From the NCBI GenBank assembly GCA_964188305.1, contig OZ076888.1: 64,000 nt of DNA. One strand, written 5' to 3'. Position 1 is the stretch's first letter. The number at the start of each line of letters is the position of its first letter. Under the pieces are notes generated by a model, which saw nothing but the letters and a program-made list of their open reading frames with translations, did no database searches and was not told where the DNA came from. Origin of the DNA: Podarcis bocagei (Eukaryota). Shown one piece after another: positions 62,989-64,000 of this stretch. Made by a program: the position numbers and the translations under genes.

Positions 62989-64000
62989 AGGTGCAGGTAT
63001 TCAGATAGAAGCTATAAAAAATAACCTGGCAGCCAGAGTTCCACCCCCACCCCCGCATTTTATAGTCCTTGAAAATAAAATCTCATGAAAATAAGTTTCA
63101 GCAACAAGCTCATAGCCACACTGAAAGATTATGGAAAGTTACTGTGGAATGGACTGGACATAGTTAGATCTCTTCCTAGAAGAGCATTAGGGATTTTTTT
63201 TTTATTTGCAAAATAACTAGTAGCAAGAACATAAAAGGTCAAAGAGGAAGTGTCACTTAAATGATGATTAAGGGGAATGTCATTTGAATAGTTATCAACT
63301 GCCTCACAGAGAATGTGCAGAGGGAATTGTGGCACATTGCTTGGTCAATATGCAAAATTTTAAGCAGGGAAATATGCATTAATCAACTGAATTTTGTATA
63401 TTCTCTTGTCATTATGCATAATCCCCCAAAGGCCTTTTGGGATTATTGTTATGTATAACGTCAGATAGAGGGCCTGATGTCAAGCTCTGTGCTTCTCCTA
63501 CTCCCTCCATCCCAGTTATTTTTCATTCAAACACTTGCTGCAGCAATATATCTTAACTCAGTGTTGGGGAACCTTGGCTGTCTAGATCCACCTTCTCGAA
63601 CCTGATGTGCCTCTAAACTTTTTTGGACCACAACTCCATCAGCATAGCCGGTGGTCAGGGATGGTGGGAGCTGTAGTCTAAAATATCTGGAGGACACCAC
63701 TTGTAAAAAGCAGCTCTAGATAATGCTGGACTACAACTCCCAATAGGCCTCACCACTGACCAGGGCCATAGGTTCCTCATCTTTGTTTTAATGGAATCTT
63801 ACTCTCTTCCTTCTCTCTGGTGTGTGAAAATGGGGCATCACTTGGAAAGCATAGGCTTGGTTTGTTTTCCTTACATTAGCTTCTCAGGGTTACTCAGTTT
63901 GAATGGATCAGGGATGTCGTGGCCAGCGGGGTGGGAAGACCCATGACATTCACCCATGGTTTTGCATCAGTTTGTCAACATCATGAGCAATAGGAGGGTG

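Noticed and set aside
1-64000. CRISPR arrays, operons, rRNA or true tRNA genes
   Set aside because: This is eukaryotic intron-rich DNA with no regularly spaced repeat-spacer array; the tRNA-like boxes belong to SINE heads.

Overview
Vertebrate genomic DNA from a squamate, very probably a lacertid lizard (Sauria SINEs with (ACCTTT)n tails, BovB, Squam-type SINEs). One host gene is supported: the 5' half of PLPP4 (PPAPDC1A, phospholipid phosphatase 4) on the + strand. It has a CpG-island promoter at about 19.1-20.1 kb and four coding exons (19818-19873, 50504-50612, 58867-58957, 62336-62399) with canonical GT-AG sites and matching phases, and it continues beyond the window. The rest is intergenic or intronic and rich in transposable elements: a 3.5-kb 5'-truncated L1 with a target-site duplication (TSD), Rex1/Babar, BovB, CR1 and L2 fragments, four Sauria SINEs, Tigger-, hAT- and Harbinger-type MITEs, a solo LTR and microsatellites. 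Most short ORFs in the track are spurious. Most notable observations: (1) a Penelope-like insertion that splits the L1 ORF2 and carries an intact minimal, dimer-type hammerhead ribozyme; (2) a young CpG-rich hAT MITE nested in a SINE; (3) two inverted copies of a MITE carrying a CTCF-like motif; (4) a uORF in frame with PLPP4 and separated from it by one TGA; (5) inverted SINE pairs flanking exon 2. Family assignments come from recalled motifs; no database searches were run.
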